From Ramazzottius varieornatus (taxonomy: Eukaryota > Animalia > Tardigrada), in contig BDGG01000001.1 of the NCBI GenBank assembly GCA_001949185.1, positions 3,117,324-3,181,323 on the forward strand: 64,000 bases of DNA, given 5' to 3'. A program made the position numbers and the translations under genes. A model generated the notes under the pieces. It saw nothing but the letters and a program-made list of their open reading frames with translations, did not search any database and had not been told where the DNA came from. Positions 39,270 to 52,676 of this stretch are shown piece by piece (the first letter of the stretch is position 1; every line of letters starts with the position of its first letter).

Positions 39270-42200
39270 ATGGCTCGAGGGAAGTTCGAGCCTAACCGCG
39301 ATGATCCCGCGCCTGGATCCCTGAATGGTAGAGGAGTTCTAACGAAACAAGAAGAAGCTCATGAGCTCACGCCGCTGCAAAATGCTACCGTTCGTAAGTA
39401 ACACCCCTTACATTCCATATCGCATATCTGTTATCTTCAGTAATATTCCCGATTTCGCAATAGTAAATTCTAGTCTGGCCGGTTGTCACACAAACTCGGC
39501 CGAATTTAAACCTCACGCAACCTCGGAGGAGTAAAAGCGCGATATCCGATGAAGGGCTTTTCTTTGAGCGTATATATTTCATTGACTTCGGCATTTAAAT
39601 TAAATCTGATCATTGTTTTTTGGAGAGGATGCTCATTGTCATTCAAAAAGCCTTTGTCCGTAGACTTCATAGAATTCCTTAGGGCATTCTCGCTTTTTGT
39701 CATACAGTTTCGTGCAGCGAGACAACTTCCATGAAGCGCAAAGTCTGCTTAGTCGATAGGAAGAATCTTACAGATTTTAACCAACGATTCGGTGTCCGCT
39801 GAGTGATCATCTTCAGGGGATGATGTAGGGCACGGATTCGTTTATCACACGGTACACTTTAAGTCCCCGATCAATATTGAGTTTTTAAGGATTCAGAATA
39901 GTCTCTTTCGATCTTTGAAAGGGAGGCGGAATTTCGATGAGAAGCGAAGCAAGATGACGACATCGAAATGAGCGCGCCATTAATGGCTCCCCTCTTTTGA
40001 AACCGTCCCTGCAATCTTTTGCCCGCATGTCTGTCTGCAATCCCTCTAATCAGAATGCTATTGGTTCGAATGTTCAATGCTTTCAATTGCCTATCTTGAA
40101 TTATGTAACGAGATTTAATGCCCTTCTTACATTATCTTCGCTTGGAGCTTCCACAGAGCCGCATAGCAAATAGCTTTAGTGTGAAGTCAGCATCCAAATG
40201 CGTATGGTGATCATGTGATTCTGGAGACGCGATCTGTTTGAGTTGCCTGTATAAATAGACGGGCAACGCTGTCGGAGTTCGTGGAGCACCACGACAAAGT
40301 AAAGTTGATCCCGCGCTCTCTTTCCCCCGGAGCTGTGAGGAAGAAAAAGAGGGAATACAACATGGTTATAAAGCCATCACTCCCTCCATTGTTCCCTCTT
40401 TTGACGTTGGCGGCCTCGTCAATCTCGATGAATGAGCTGAAAAGATTATAGGGTAGTCGAACAGGGCACTTTGTCCCGCTGGACGAGTTCAAAGCTCGTT
40501 CGCCAAGTTGAACTGTATCGGCAATTAGAATCACAGACTAAAACGCGAATATCTTTTGACTTCCATAGTAAAACGCTCGCAGGTTTGATTTTCAATTGTT
40601 TTTTTGTGTTTCCAGAGGACGTCAAAGTTGTTCCTAAAGCACCTGACAGCGGATATGGATGGGTAAAGAAAGCTCCCTCGAAATTCGTGAAATTTACATT
40701 TGTAGTTTGAGTCGTGTTGGGACGTCAGCTAATAATTCTCCCCCGATCGTTAGCTCAAGTGGTTCAGGTTTTCATCGTTATTGGGTAAGAGCGTGTGCTA
40801 CTTGAGTGGAACGATCTGACTAAATTCATTTGCCGACGTCCCAGACTCCCAGTTGCTGGCCATTTTTAAGTTTACGTCTAGATTGTTTTTTACGAGGATG
40901 AATTTTTCGGTAAAGGGAAAAGAGGGGAAGAATCGGGTCCTCATAATTGTTGGTTTTAATTTAGTCTCCTTTTTTCAATTTTTGTTGCTGTCTTCTTTTG
41001 AAGGAAAAGTTATTTGTTTCAATAGAATTTTCTCCTCTTGTTTTGCAGGTTATTGTTGTCGCTTCCTTTTTTTGCAACTTCATCGTGGACGGTGTGGCGT
41101 ACTCGGGCTCGCAGTATATCGTGGCGTGGTCCGACGCGTTTCCGGATGCCGCCAAGTCCACAGTCTCGCTCACGATATCATTACTCAACGGCGTTTATTT
41201 ACTCATGGGTAAGACTTGTCGTCACAGGAGGTTGAGAACCGTCAATCAAAGTCAATTCCGCTAAAGTAGCGCTAGTGGAAGTTAGCTCTTCTGCTTTGCA
41301 GGACCCGTTTCCAGTGCACTGACAAATGCATTCGGCTTCCGCGTAGTCATTTTCTCCGGAGCACTCATTACCTGTATGGCCTTCATCATCAGTCTATTCG
41401 CCCGGAGCATTACCTACCTAATTCTGTCGTTCGGAGTTCTGGGAGGTACAGCTGACAGAAATCAAAACCTGTATCAAAAAGTTGTAGGATTGTAGGCAAA
41501 TACAAAGGACAAGATCGTTATTTCTAGCCAGTGACATTGAAAACGTGCGCCATTTGGCGAAATAATCCTGTCAGACTTCTTTGCCGTATTCCAGTACGGA
41601 GTGAAGCGCCGAAAATCCATAAAGGAACTTTTCCATCGGAGGAACGACAATTTTTGTGAAAGGAGGATGTTGAAAAACAAAAGAACATCAATGATATAAA
41701 TTTACAAATGATAACGAAGAGTGCTACATGTATAGAAGTCCTTTGTCTGTTTTCTTCAGGCATCGGTTTCGGGTTGATCTACTCTCCTTCCATTCTCTGT
41801 GTGTGCTACTACTTTGACAAGAAACGCGCTATGGCGGTGGGTATCTCGGTGTGCGGATCCGGAGTGGGAGCTTTCGTCTTCCCACCACTCATTCAGATGG
41901 TGCTGGACGAGTACGGGTGGCAAGGGTCGATGTTGATTCTGGCCGGCTTAGTCCTCCAGGTTTGTATTGCTGGTTCCTTGATGAGAACACTGGCTGTCGA
42001 CGTGGTTGAAGAAGTCAAGGTGGTGGGAGATCTGGAGAGAGCAGCTGTCACCGGAGACCTGAAGGGAGGCAGTCGCGTCAGAAGTTCTTCCGGTGCGTCC
42101 ACAAAAGGCATGGATTTGGTCTCTTCCAGGAAGTACTCTTCGCAGCATGGCATCGATATCCAGACTCTAGAACACGGTGCGTTTGAGTTTTGCTCAAGAG

Positions 42201-43401
42201 TAACTCCAAATGTAAAACTGGCACATCTGCGAACGGAGCGACAAGATCTTGTGGCGCAAGCTTTTAGCCAATAACACCGTAAACGAGCGCCACTTGTGAA
42301 AATCAGTATTCTAGCTTTTTGTGTAATTCAGGTCGCGTTACGCACGATATTCGCTCAGGACCGGTCAAACTCCACTCTTCGCAGCCTGACATCAACGACC
42401 CAATGATGGTTCCCGGTGTCCACCGAAGTCATGAAGTGGCGGCTCCGCTGGAACGCAAAGACGTCCACGTTCAAGGTAGCTTGAAGCATCTGAACCGGCA
42501 GGAGAGTGAACAAGTGGAAGTGGAGCAGTTCCGAAAGGACAGTCTCACTCGACGACAGCAACACGCCGCCGCTTCCGGGGTTCCTCCCAAGAAGGGTTGG
42601 CTGCCACCGCAACTCCGCCAGGCTCTGGTTGAGATGGCCGACTTCCGCATCTACGGCAACCTCGTGTTTCTCATCTTTAGCTTAGCTAGCTTTCTAGGCA
42701 TGATTGCCTTCTATATTCCCTTTGCATTTGTACCCGACCACGCTATCAGACAGTTCGGGATTGATAAGGGTACCTCGGCTCTGTTGATTTCCGGTATCGG
42801 CTTGACGAACATTCTTGGACGTATCTTCTGGGGATGGTTGGCCGATCGACCACGCATGGATCCTCTGGTCATCCATAACTGCTGTATCTTTGTTGTCGGT
42901 ATCGTAGTGGGTTTCCTTCCACTTTGCGCAGACTACAATTCGCTGATGGGTATTTGCCTACTTTTCGGCTTCTTCGTCTGTAAGTGTCGACCCTTTTCAT
43001 GTAGCATCTAGCGAAATACGCTGACGGTGGTGTTGTCATTTTAGCTCCGTTCATTTCCCTCTTGTCCATCATTTTGACCAGTCGCATTGGTTTGGAACAG
43101 CTTCCCAGTGCTTTTGGACAGTCGCAACTGGTTCGCGGTATCGCTTCAATGGTCGGCGCACCTATTGGAGGTGAGTTGGAGCAGTCTCCTTCGTCGATGA
43201 AACTTTGACGAGATTCGAGGTGAGGTTTCCATCTTTTCAGGTGCACTGTACGGAGCTTTCGGGGACTACACGGTTACTTTCTGGGCCAGTGCGGTTGCAC
43301 TGATAGCTGCGTCTGTCATCGCTTCGCTGATATTGGTGCTGTCCTTCCTTACCCGTAGACGACAGGGCTCGGGGAAGATCCGCGCTAATGCTGTCGCCTA
43401 G
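39270..43401 (+). CDS. SLC16 monocarboxylate transporter (MFS), paralogue B
   Basis: Exon 39270-39327 joins in phase to EDVKVVPKAPDSGYGW (40616-40662). Same motifs and intron positions as paralogue A. Stop TAG 43399-43401. Confidence 0.9.
40710..40847. repeat. Palindromic intronic element, near full-length copy in MCT-B intron
   Basis: TGGGACGTCAGC...GATCGTTAGCTCAAGTGGTTCA-27 nt-TGTGCTACTTGAGTGGAACGATC...GCCGACGTCCCA. Confidence 0.8.
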
Positions 43402-44299
43402 AAGGTGATGCGCAATATCGAAGTTGAATTCTGGAACTTCCTTTTACTTTGTTACAAGTTCGTCCTTAGCTATTACTTTATCCGCACTTCTTCTACGTTA
43501 CTGAAAACTGTCTTACTCACGAGAATACTAACGGAGACTACTTAAGTTTCGTTTTAGCTCTTGAGGATACTCGGGTTTGCATCTGATGCGTGGTTACACA
43601 GTGAACGGCAAGTTCGCCGTCGCATTTTGCCCTGCTCTTGTAGAGACGCGTGATTTGAGATTGTTGTTTTCTCCTAAATTATTTGATTGCTACCGTTAAA
43701 TGACTCTGATTACTGCTCCTCAACTTTCCCATAAAACAAAACCTTGCGGATCGAGTGTTGCGTCAACCAAGACAGCGGTCTCCTAACTTAACGACGAGTA
43801 AAAGGTGCTTTATTACGAGCGTACGCAAACACAGCACGTTCTCGGGCTTGCTGTACAAGCACAGCGTTACACATACCGACACAAGACAATTTCTTCGGCT
43901 CCAGGAATTGGTCATTCGCGTTTCTTCTCGATACTTTGTGGGAGCTAAGAGTCTCAGCTACCACAAAAAAGCATTGGTTCCTTGATCGGCGAGTGACATG
44001 GTTTGAATGGTGCCTCGTCAGTATGGAGAACGAGATGAGGAAGTCGTATTTTGTAAGGTCGCGCAGATCAAAGGCCGAAATGGTTCTCCAATGGGTACTG
44101 TAGATCGGCAAGTCCCATTGAACGGGAGTTGCGTTTCCACATGGTGGATCTCCGGAGTTCGAGGTTTCAAGTCCTGGCTGTTAAATTAATCTCGTGCAGT
44201 GCAGCGGCGGTGAAAATGAGTGTCACAACACGTGCCACGAAAGTTGGAGCAAAAACGCGGATTCTGACCACTTTCCATGATTGAAACTGCACGGAATTT

Positions 44300-44421
44300 G
44301 CCTGCGACCGTACCACGTTGAATGCTCCCGATCCCGTTCGATCTCGAAAGATAAGCTACGTCAAGCCAGGTTTATAGTACTCAAATGGGTGACCGCTTGG
44401 GAACACTAGGTGTTGCAGGCG
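44300..44421 (+). rRNA. 5S rRNA: 5S rRNA gene (solitary, possibly variant or pseudogene)
   Basis: GCCTGCGACCGTACCACGTTGAA...CGATCTCGAAAGATAAGC...AGTACTCAAATGGGTGACCGCTTGGGAACAC...GTTGCAGGC. The 5' and 3' ends pair (helix I), length ~121 nt, followed by a T-tract. Confidence 0.85.
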
Positions 44422-44470
44422 TTCTTTTGCCGCTCGATGGTAGACTTGTATCGGAGTTGTTGCATACCAA

Positions 44471-44842
44471 CAGAGTCCATATACTCTCCATAGACCCCCA
44501 GCGTCGACTGCAAGAAGTGCCAACAACGGCAAACCGAATCAGCTGTTTGGGAAACTTCTAGCTCGGCTGAGCGAACACCCGGAAACGCCCGAGCTCTGAT
44601 TGGTTCAGGTCCGTGCACTCGTCCGCCCATTAGCTACAGGATGGTGCACGACGGTTTTCGTACTACACACTAAGACGCGACAAGTACATGCAGCCCTAGG
44701 GTGCTCGCTTGCCATTTATGAGCAGAAACGAGTGCGTTGGTGTTCATGTCGTTTGGTCCATTCGGCTTTAAGATTATGTTTCCACACTTGTGATATCGCC
44801 GTTCTGTACAGCTGGAGGACTATGGAGAGTATATGGACTCTG
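44471..44842. mobile_element. MITE with 23 bp TIR CAGAGTCCATATACTCTCCATAG
   Basis: Perfect terminal inverted repeat. A second, inverted, truncated copy lies at 48823-49826. No clear TSD. Confidence 0.8.
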
Positions 44843-45128
44843 GTACAAGCCGGGTCGTGTATGGTAGTTATGTTCTAATATGGGTTAATGAGATCCAACA
44901 TAATACAAATAAATATCAGCCGTCCACCAAAGTTCTAATAAGTGACCACTACTATAGTAAAACGTCTACCTGATTTAATAAAATATTACTATAGTAGGAC
45001 TTTCGGGGGTTTGTTATTAAAACATATTTTGATATCGGAGAGCTTGACGGAAGAACTGAAGATTCAGAATCACAACCATCAGAACAGCAGAAATACTGCT
45101 AATTATTCGATCGCAACATCTCAAGTAT

Positions 45129-48100
45129 TTAATCGTCAAGATCGGGCAAGTATTCTGAACTTCGGAGATAGAGAATTTTTCTTTCGAGATTGTGACCAGC
45201 CAGTCTGTTTCCCTTTCCCATGGTTGCAGCCGATGCGGCAGAGAAGACTCTTTCGGGCGCACTCGAAGCACGGGGAATGGCCAGGATGTCCAAAGCGAGA
45301 CGACCCAATAAAGGAAACTTATCCGTATTCTGTATCCAGAAGACTTCCGGGTCGTCATCAACGTTGTCTTCGGAGCCGACAGGAAGGTTTATGTAGGTCT
45401 GAACTTCCAAGTAAAATGGGGATTTTTGTTGCGTGAAGTCTGAACTTTCATCGATGAAGAAATCCAAGTCGTCATCGCCATCAGGATTACTGTTCACGTT
45501 CAGTGCAGTCGATTCTGGCAATGTTTCTGAAAAACAGCAAAGTGTTATTTTTTCAGCCTCGTAAAAACGGTAAATCATATAACATGTAACCAGGATGTGT
45601 TTACCTTGCGTGGGTTCCACATACCACTGAATATTTTTTCAACGAAAGCCATCTCGAAGCAAGCCTAGACAGTCGCTGTGGCAATGTGAGTCGCAGTTTC
45701 CTATGGAGAAATGTGCTCGCAATGTAGACAGCATCGAACTTTGGGTTGCGATCATCTATCACGTATCCCGGCATGCGCGATAGCTCGGAATCAATGGCAA
45801 GAATGACCTAAGCGAAACACACGAACACTGTACACCATCATAACTAAGATAGATTTCAACTGTTGTCCCTAGTAAGATTTCTCGTAGCAAAGTGTTTGCC
45901 GAGAATCTGAAAGCTCAAAGTGAAGTACCACAGCACATCTTGTTCTTAGTCTCAGTTGTGGCTAAGTACCTCATCGAATGGGTTCTCAATATGGAAGCTT
46001 GGAAAGTCCAGCTTGAGAAGTGCATCGCGAACTGATTCCAGATGCCTGACTAGTCCGTGCAGATAAAAGGGAACCCGGTGGATGGTCGCTTCCTTATCTG
46101 CGCTGAGTTTGTCCGTAACCTGCGAAATACTGAATATATACGACATCGAACCGAAAATTTCTGAATTAATCAGAAAATGTAAAGGGATAGCTCAGAGACG
46201 TGCTTACCGTATTAAACTTCTCCAGTGGACGTATTATGAACTTGATGATGAGCCATTCACCAGGAGTTAGACCAGGGATCTTCAAGTGACGAGCCATAAT
46301 CTCTTTCACGGGTTCTCGAACTTCATCGAGTCGTCGCATTAAGAGCATAGTGGAGTTACATCGGGTTGAGATATCTGCGATCAAGGTTAGTCCGGTAGCC
46401 TTCAGAAATTCACCCGTAGCTACCTGAGACATTCGGAAAGTCTTGACTATAATTCTGGCTTTCTTGATGATCGGCTCCAGCTTGTCATCCTTCTCGAATA
46501 CTCGAACCGCGGTCTGTAGCCGATGGATGGTACAACTGTGACGCTTGATTCTGCAACAGAAAAGATTTCTCATGATGTGCGGTTGACCCTGATACTTGCA
46601 AAGCAGAAATTATTTATATTCCTTATGAACGTAATGTGGGAGCTAAGTAAACGAACGGCAAACAAAACCGTTTTCCATTGTCGCGCAGTTATTGCCTGAA
46701 AGCGTGCGCCACTCGAAAAACCATCTTGTCACTCTGTTTTCCTAGGAAATGTATACATATAAGGCACTGTAAACTTACCTTCCGTTAAACTCGGTATCGC
46801 ATTCATCCTCGAACCTCATGTACTCATTAACCTCTTCCTGGGTGTTCGCGTCTTCCGTTTCAGCCGAAACTACACTTGGCTGTGCTTCTTCCTAGTCTTA
46901 CTCGTCAAGATTTACCGGAATGTTTGACTGAACGAGGGCTTTGAGAGCGGCCACCATGTTTGAACCGTTGTCTGTCACTACGGCGGATATCGTATATGGA
47001 GGAATCTCCCACTCAGTCAGAATCTCCATCGTAAGCTTGAATAAACGAACAGCAGTGTGTGGACTCGGAAAAGTGCGACAGGCCAGGGTCATTCTTCGCA
47101 TCGTCTTCGTGAGGGGATCATATATCCGCGCCGTTACCGCCAGCTTCGACTCAGACATACCGCGTTTAGTCCAGATGTCTGTAAATAATAACGGCAAACA
47201 TTGGTTGCAGTCATAATAGTATCCGCTCAAGATTACAATTAGTTGTAATGTCAGTAAGCAACTTGGACAACATCACTTTTCCAGCTGGCGCATACTTTCA
47301 GCCAACAAAACCGAAACGTGCGCCACTTGTGACAACAGGTAATGTCACCAAGTCTACTCGTCCAAGTGGCGCAGACTTTCAGCAAATAACAACAGGAACA
47401 TTCGCCACTTAAAGGAATAGTCTTGCAAATTTCGTTTGCCGCCGTGGTGATTCCGATTCACCTGTAGAGAGAGATATCTTTGTGGTACGACGAAGCACTG
47501 CCTTCATGTTAACAAGCTTCTGCTCATAGACCTTATCCATTTCCGTATTCAGGACTTTCCTTCCAAACGCAGGGGAACGAGGATCATGCTTCACGAAAGC
47601 ACGTTGGGTAGCCGGATTCGCGCATAAGGATGGAGTCGCCGTTGTGCGTAAAATCCGCAAGGCCCTTTCGCGCAACATCATTCGATATCTACAGTCAAAA
47701 CGCAGAATATGTAGCCTAAAGCAGATCGACGGAGAGAGCAAACAGAAACAGGAACAAGCAACAGCAGAAGCTGACTTACCTCATACGGGTTTGATGATTC
47801 AAGCTTCAGCTTGGACTGGATCATGGCAATGCCTGTGGCTGAGTTGTCCTACTTCTTCTTCTTGAGGTCTTTCTCTTCGTACTTTGCGAATGCGTCGGGA
47901 TGACGGTTTTTCAGATGGGACACAGCGTTTCCGGTTTTGCCAGCTGGCTTCACTCCATGTTTACAGGCTTTACACGTTGACGCACCCGTCACAGCATCCT
48001 CCGTGTAGTGCCGCCATACTGAAGAAGCTTTCTTTGGACCACCGGGTAGTTTACGCTTTTGGGAAAATCGACCGGAAGACGATGTCGAAGGCGGTAGAGA

Positions 48101-48382
48101 CGAGTCATCTTCGGAGTCTGAACTGTCGTCGTTTTCCGCAATGTCGATTACTGGTGGGCTTGCTACTCTTGCAGCTCCTACAGGAACTTTCCCTCTTTCC
48201 GGTGGTAGCTTCTTCCTCGCGATCTTTGTGGGCTTTGTCCGCGACGGTGGCCCATGACTCTCTGACAAACTGGCAGTTCTTTCCAAATAGGGGAAAGGCC
48301 AGGCAAGCAACCTGTAGAAGGCAGTATTCCAGTAGCAACTACTGTGGTACAGCTTGCACCCTGCACCTGCACACTGTAACAT
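45129..48382 (-). mobile_element. hAT transposase gene (BED finger + DDE + dimerisation domain), intron-containing, probably defective
   Basis: SSVWRHY...CKAC...HLKNRH (BED), ST|DIWT, VVTDNGSNMVAA, CTIHRLQ, STRCNS (canonical TRWNS), FW...FPLLGRLALDILAIPRASSAPERVFS. Start codon uncertain. Confidence 0.88.
47259..47412. repeat. Two tandem copies of the palindromic element inside a hAT transposase intron
   Basis: CCAGCTGGCGCA-26 nt-TGCGCCACTTG and CCAAGTGGCGCA-27 nt-TTCGCCACTT. Confidence 0.8.
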
Positions 48383-48822
48383 GTCCGGTTGAAGTGTCAG
48401 ACTGTATGCAGGTGCACGATGTTCAAGGGTATTTATTTTGCAGTAGCCCTACTGTGCTGCTGTAGAGGCATTATTATGGTGTGGCGCACTGTATATAAGG
48501 CGTGGTCGCACATCGAGAAACCAACGCACAAGCATCAGAACTCAGCAAATCAACCAGTTTTTCGAATCAGCGGTAGCGTTACCCGTATTAAAATATATTT
48601 TACTATAGATAAGGGACAAATTAATTACAATAAAATATCGCACTTCCGGTTTCAAGCTTCTAAAATATGAATAATAGAATGCGGAGCCCAATTTCGTTTA
48701 CTACATACTACTAAATATAGCAGATGCTCAAATCATCTATTATCATCTACTTCAATAAAATATCGCTATGATAGAACATCACTAGTATATGGTATTATTT
48801 GGTATCGAACGTTTCTTGGTAT

Positions 48823-49826
48823 CAGAGCCCATATACTCTCCATAGTCCTCCAGCTGTACAGAACGGCGATATCACAAGTGTGGAAACTAAGGTTGTAAAT
48901 TCCAAGCCGAATACCTTCGGAATGGCAAATAGGAAAGAAACTTCTAATATTCCTATATCCCTATTTCCTATTTCTTTCTCCAGACGGTCCTCGCGAAAAT
49001 CTGGAATTCCAAAGTCCCATTTGCCAGTTTAAGTCTTTTTACATACTGTAACTATTCGCTGCGTCCGCGCAGTACGTACACGTACGTGACGATGCACCCC
49101 GGTAAGGGGTTGCGCAATCCGTGAAACCGGACCAAGGCTGTACTTCACTTGTACAATGACGAACTCCGCGGACGCAGCGGATACTTACAAAACCCATCTA
49201 AAACAATAAACATGATCTGAAGTCATCAACAAATATTGGTTTTGAGACTGAAAGCTAGCTGGAGATTGGCCGAACCGAACTTTCGGTTTTGTCGGACCTG
49301 AAAGTCCAACGGAAAATCAAGGACTTGCGCAAAGTTGAATGCGCCGCATACTTCAGTGAGACGGATCGAAAATGCTATTGGTCGTTCAACTGAACGACCA
49401 ATTAGGCTCAGTGGCACGCATGTGTGAACCGACATCGAGTTCAGTTTTTCGACAGGATCTGCTGGATCTTCGACTGTTTACCTCGTGAAATTCCTAAATT
49501 TCCTCCGATTTTTGCTAGTCCTCCAAATAGGAATTCCACCATCCCAAACGGCTACCCCTCGAAACGGAACGGAATTCCAGGAATGGAACGGAATTTGGAA
49601 AGAAGTCGAATTAGGAATTTACAACCTTAGTGGAAACATAGTCTTAAAGCCGAATGGACCAAACGACATGAACACCAACGCACTCGTTTCTGCTCATAAA
49701 TGGCAAGCGAGCATCCTAGGGCTGCATGTACTTGTCGCGTCTTAGTGTGTAGTACGAAAACCGTCGTGCACCATCCTGTAGCTAATGGGCGGACGAGTGC
49801 ACGGACCTGAACCAATCAGCTCGGGC
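48823..49826. mobile_element. Inverted, truncated second copy of the 44471-44842 MITE, interrupted by a hAT MITE
   Basis: 48823-48887 plus 49630-49826 is the near-exact reverse complement of 44587-44842. Confidence 0.88.
48888..49629. mobile_element. Non-autonomous hAT element
   Basis: 16 bp perfect TIR TAAGGTTGTAAATTCC and perfect 8 bp TSD GTGGAAAC (48880-48887, 49630-49637). Confidence 0.95.
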
Positions 49827-50281
49827 AGTGCCATCAAGTGGTACCATCAACAGGGTTATCAACTCCGTGTTAATCAATACGCCAACATCTTCGAATAAAT
49901 AGTACAGAATTGATTGATCAAATACAAAATCACGACTCATGACTCATCAAAAACATCGAAATTCGTCAATAGAATCAGAAAAATCAGAAAATCGAGGATT
50001 CATCCTGAGTAAAGGATTGTGCTGTCTGAACCTCGAGCTTCCGCTGATGAGTTTGCGATTCAGAGTCCCTTGGGTATATTGAATAACACTGAATCACGGA
50101 GATAGAGCACTGGGCTGCAGGTTAGAAAGTACACTGCATCTGTGCCGTGTGGGTTACGTATCCGCTGCATGCTGTGCTTCGCTGCGTAAACTTTGCCCGG
50201 TGGAACTAGGCTGCTGCGCTGTAAATGACTGTAATCGGCTGCTACTGCGCTGCATATAAATTTTATTTTTCTGATATCAAA

Positions 50282-52676
50282 TTAGTCACGATCGGGAAAC
50301 TCGTAATTAGACTGAATAACCATAAGATCACTTAGGGTCTGGGGATCTAACGACGTTCGCTTTTCGTCAACTGCAGTTTCAGATCTACTGAAAAGACGCT
50401 CGGAACCAGTACTGGTACCAGGTACAGAAAGACAACGTAGTGCATAGCTACTCATGCGGGGAGAATCCTTCTGCTTTTCGATCCAGAAACTCCAAACATC
50501 TTGAACCTCCGGAGGACTAGGTAGCCTGAGATACTTCTCCACTTCATTTTCTATGGGCCTGTCCTTAGAGTACGTCGCCATGACGCTCAGGTTGAACTTT
50601 GGTGGCTTTTTGGCTGCGACGTTAACAGCTGGAAGGTGGAAGCTCTCTATACTGTGTTTGTAATCATACTGATACGGCAAAAACTCTCGATTCTTAGATA
50701 AAGTTCTGTAAGATTACCGCTCTAGTAATTAGCTGACAATTCTGGTATATTTGGGGGAGATCATGAAACGTATCAGCTGATGTACAAAAATAGAACAAGT
50801 TGCTTTCACCTTCTGCTGTAGGAGCTCCGATCTTTTCCGGCAATGGGACCTTCTGCACCTCAGCCATGACGCGCGTGAGTACAGCCACACGCTCGTCCGC
50901 TTTCAGGAAGTTGAGGTGGTTTATGGATGGGTCCAGAAAGACAGCCCTCTTGTGAATTTCATCAATCTAAAGCTTCTTAGTGAAAACGATTTCTGCATGT
51001 TTCTGAAGAGCTCTGAAGTCGGCAAATCGGAAGGGGTATACTCTTTGAAATGGCGGATAAGCTCGATGTAAGCCGAAGCAACCAGATGCAGCGTAGGAGT
51101 CTTCGAAGTGGAGAGTTGAACCGTAATATCTCTTACGGGCTCCAACAAGTCATGAATCGTTGTCTGCTGGTTGAAAGTAGTTATAATTCGTCTCGGTTTG
51201 CAAAGACCACTTTCAGCTCGTCGTAGGCAGCTAGGACTGAAGCCAGCATCTGGACGTGGGTATTCCAGCTGATAAAGAAAACACAGTATTATTCCATATA
51301 GCTGAATGATAGGATCGGCTATCTAATAAGTTACAAGCCCACCGAGTATCACACTGCTGCTTCAGCGTTGTTTCAAGCTGACGACTGATACCTCTTTGCT
51401 TGCAATGCGTCACCAAAGACTTGAGTTGGTTATTAGCGTGAGGGTTGGCACAGCTTCCGCGGCCATCGGAAACTGAGATTTCGCTTTGGTCTTGAAGCAA
51501 GCTTGCAAGCACGTGTTGAGAAGATGGCCTGCGCAGTTTATACGTTCAAAGTTAGAGTCGCGGAAAGCAACCTTGATGTTGCCGCCTTGATCCGTGACGA
51601 ATGTCCAAAGCTTCAGGTCTTCTTCCTCCAGCCCAATTTCTCGCAGCTTCCTGAAGACAAACTTCTGTACTGCCGGGCCCGTTTTCCTGTCGACGCTGTA
51701 CCATTCACTGCACAACACCAACCTTTCTCTGAGCTCCGAATTCCCGTACATGTAGTGCACTGTACAATCTACAATCAAAACACTCAATTTTATAAACGCC
51801 AGTAAAACAGCGCATTTCACTATTTAAACTGCAGAGATTTGATTACCTAAGAAAGATACTTTGGTGTATTCTTCCTCCCAGAAGTCAAGAGTTATACCAC
51901 CACCGTTCATCCGTAGTATAGGTCTGATTTCTTTAAGCAGAGACTCACGGATTTTTCTCGCTTCGCTCCCAACGTAGTTGCTGATTGTCGTCGGATCAGG
52001 AAGCATATCTTAGACTGAAGGTCTGCCAGCATGGCCGTACTTCATTTTAACATCGATCACGGTGTCAATCGGGGCTCTAAATCCTTTGCCACTCACTTCT
52101 TTAAAGCTTCCTCCTTCTACAGCACAAAATCGAGCACAAACCTTGGAGACTTCTTGTTTACCCACCAAAGGAAGCTTGTGCATTCCCAGGAAACCCGTTA
52201 TTCTTGGCTGACTATCTTTTACACCGCACTTCTGGACATGGCGGTTCAACGGATCGGTGTTGGTGCTTCGGTCATGCTTCCACACTACCCTGCACTTACT
52301 GCAGCAAACAAAGTCGAGCCTGTCGAATCTTTATTGACAAGACGTCTCATGGTTGACCAGAAGGCTGCTGGTTTCCGACTTCCCAAAATTTCCGCTCGCA
52401 AGACGAATATATCATCTTTTACGAACTTGCTCACTTCTTCCACAGACATCTTTCTGCAACAATATTCGAGTTTCTCATTGCAGCACTGTGTTAATCCGAG
52501 CTCCTGGGTGTCCAAAGGTGTTTGCTCACCTGGCTTTCTGTTGGATTTCAGAAGGTAGTACCGTTATTCGTTTGGTAACGATTTTTCCACCAGCTGCTCA
52601 ATATTTCTTTCCGACATTTTCGGACAACTCCTCATCTTCGCTCTCTCCGGACATTCCGCTTAAGTTACCTTCCATC
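50282..52676 (-). pseudogene. Hermes/hobo-like hAT transposase pseudogene
   Basis: FKEVSGKGF...LPDPTTIS (Hermes DNA-binding domain), GITLDFW, FVTDQGGNI, CAGHLLN, CDTRW, TPTLHLV, FW...LSVPGTSTGSERLFS. In-frame stop at ~52010 and frameshifts near 52285 and 50925. Confidence 0.88.
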
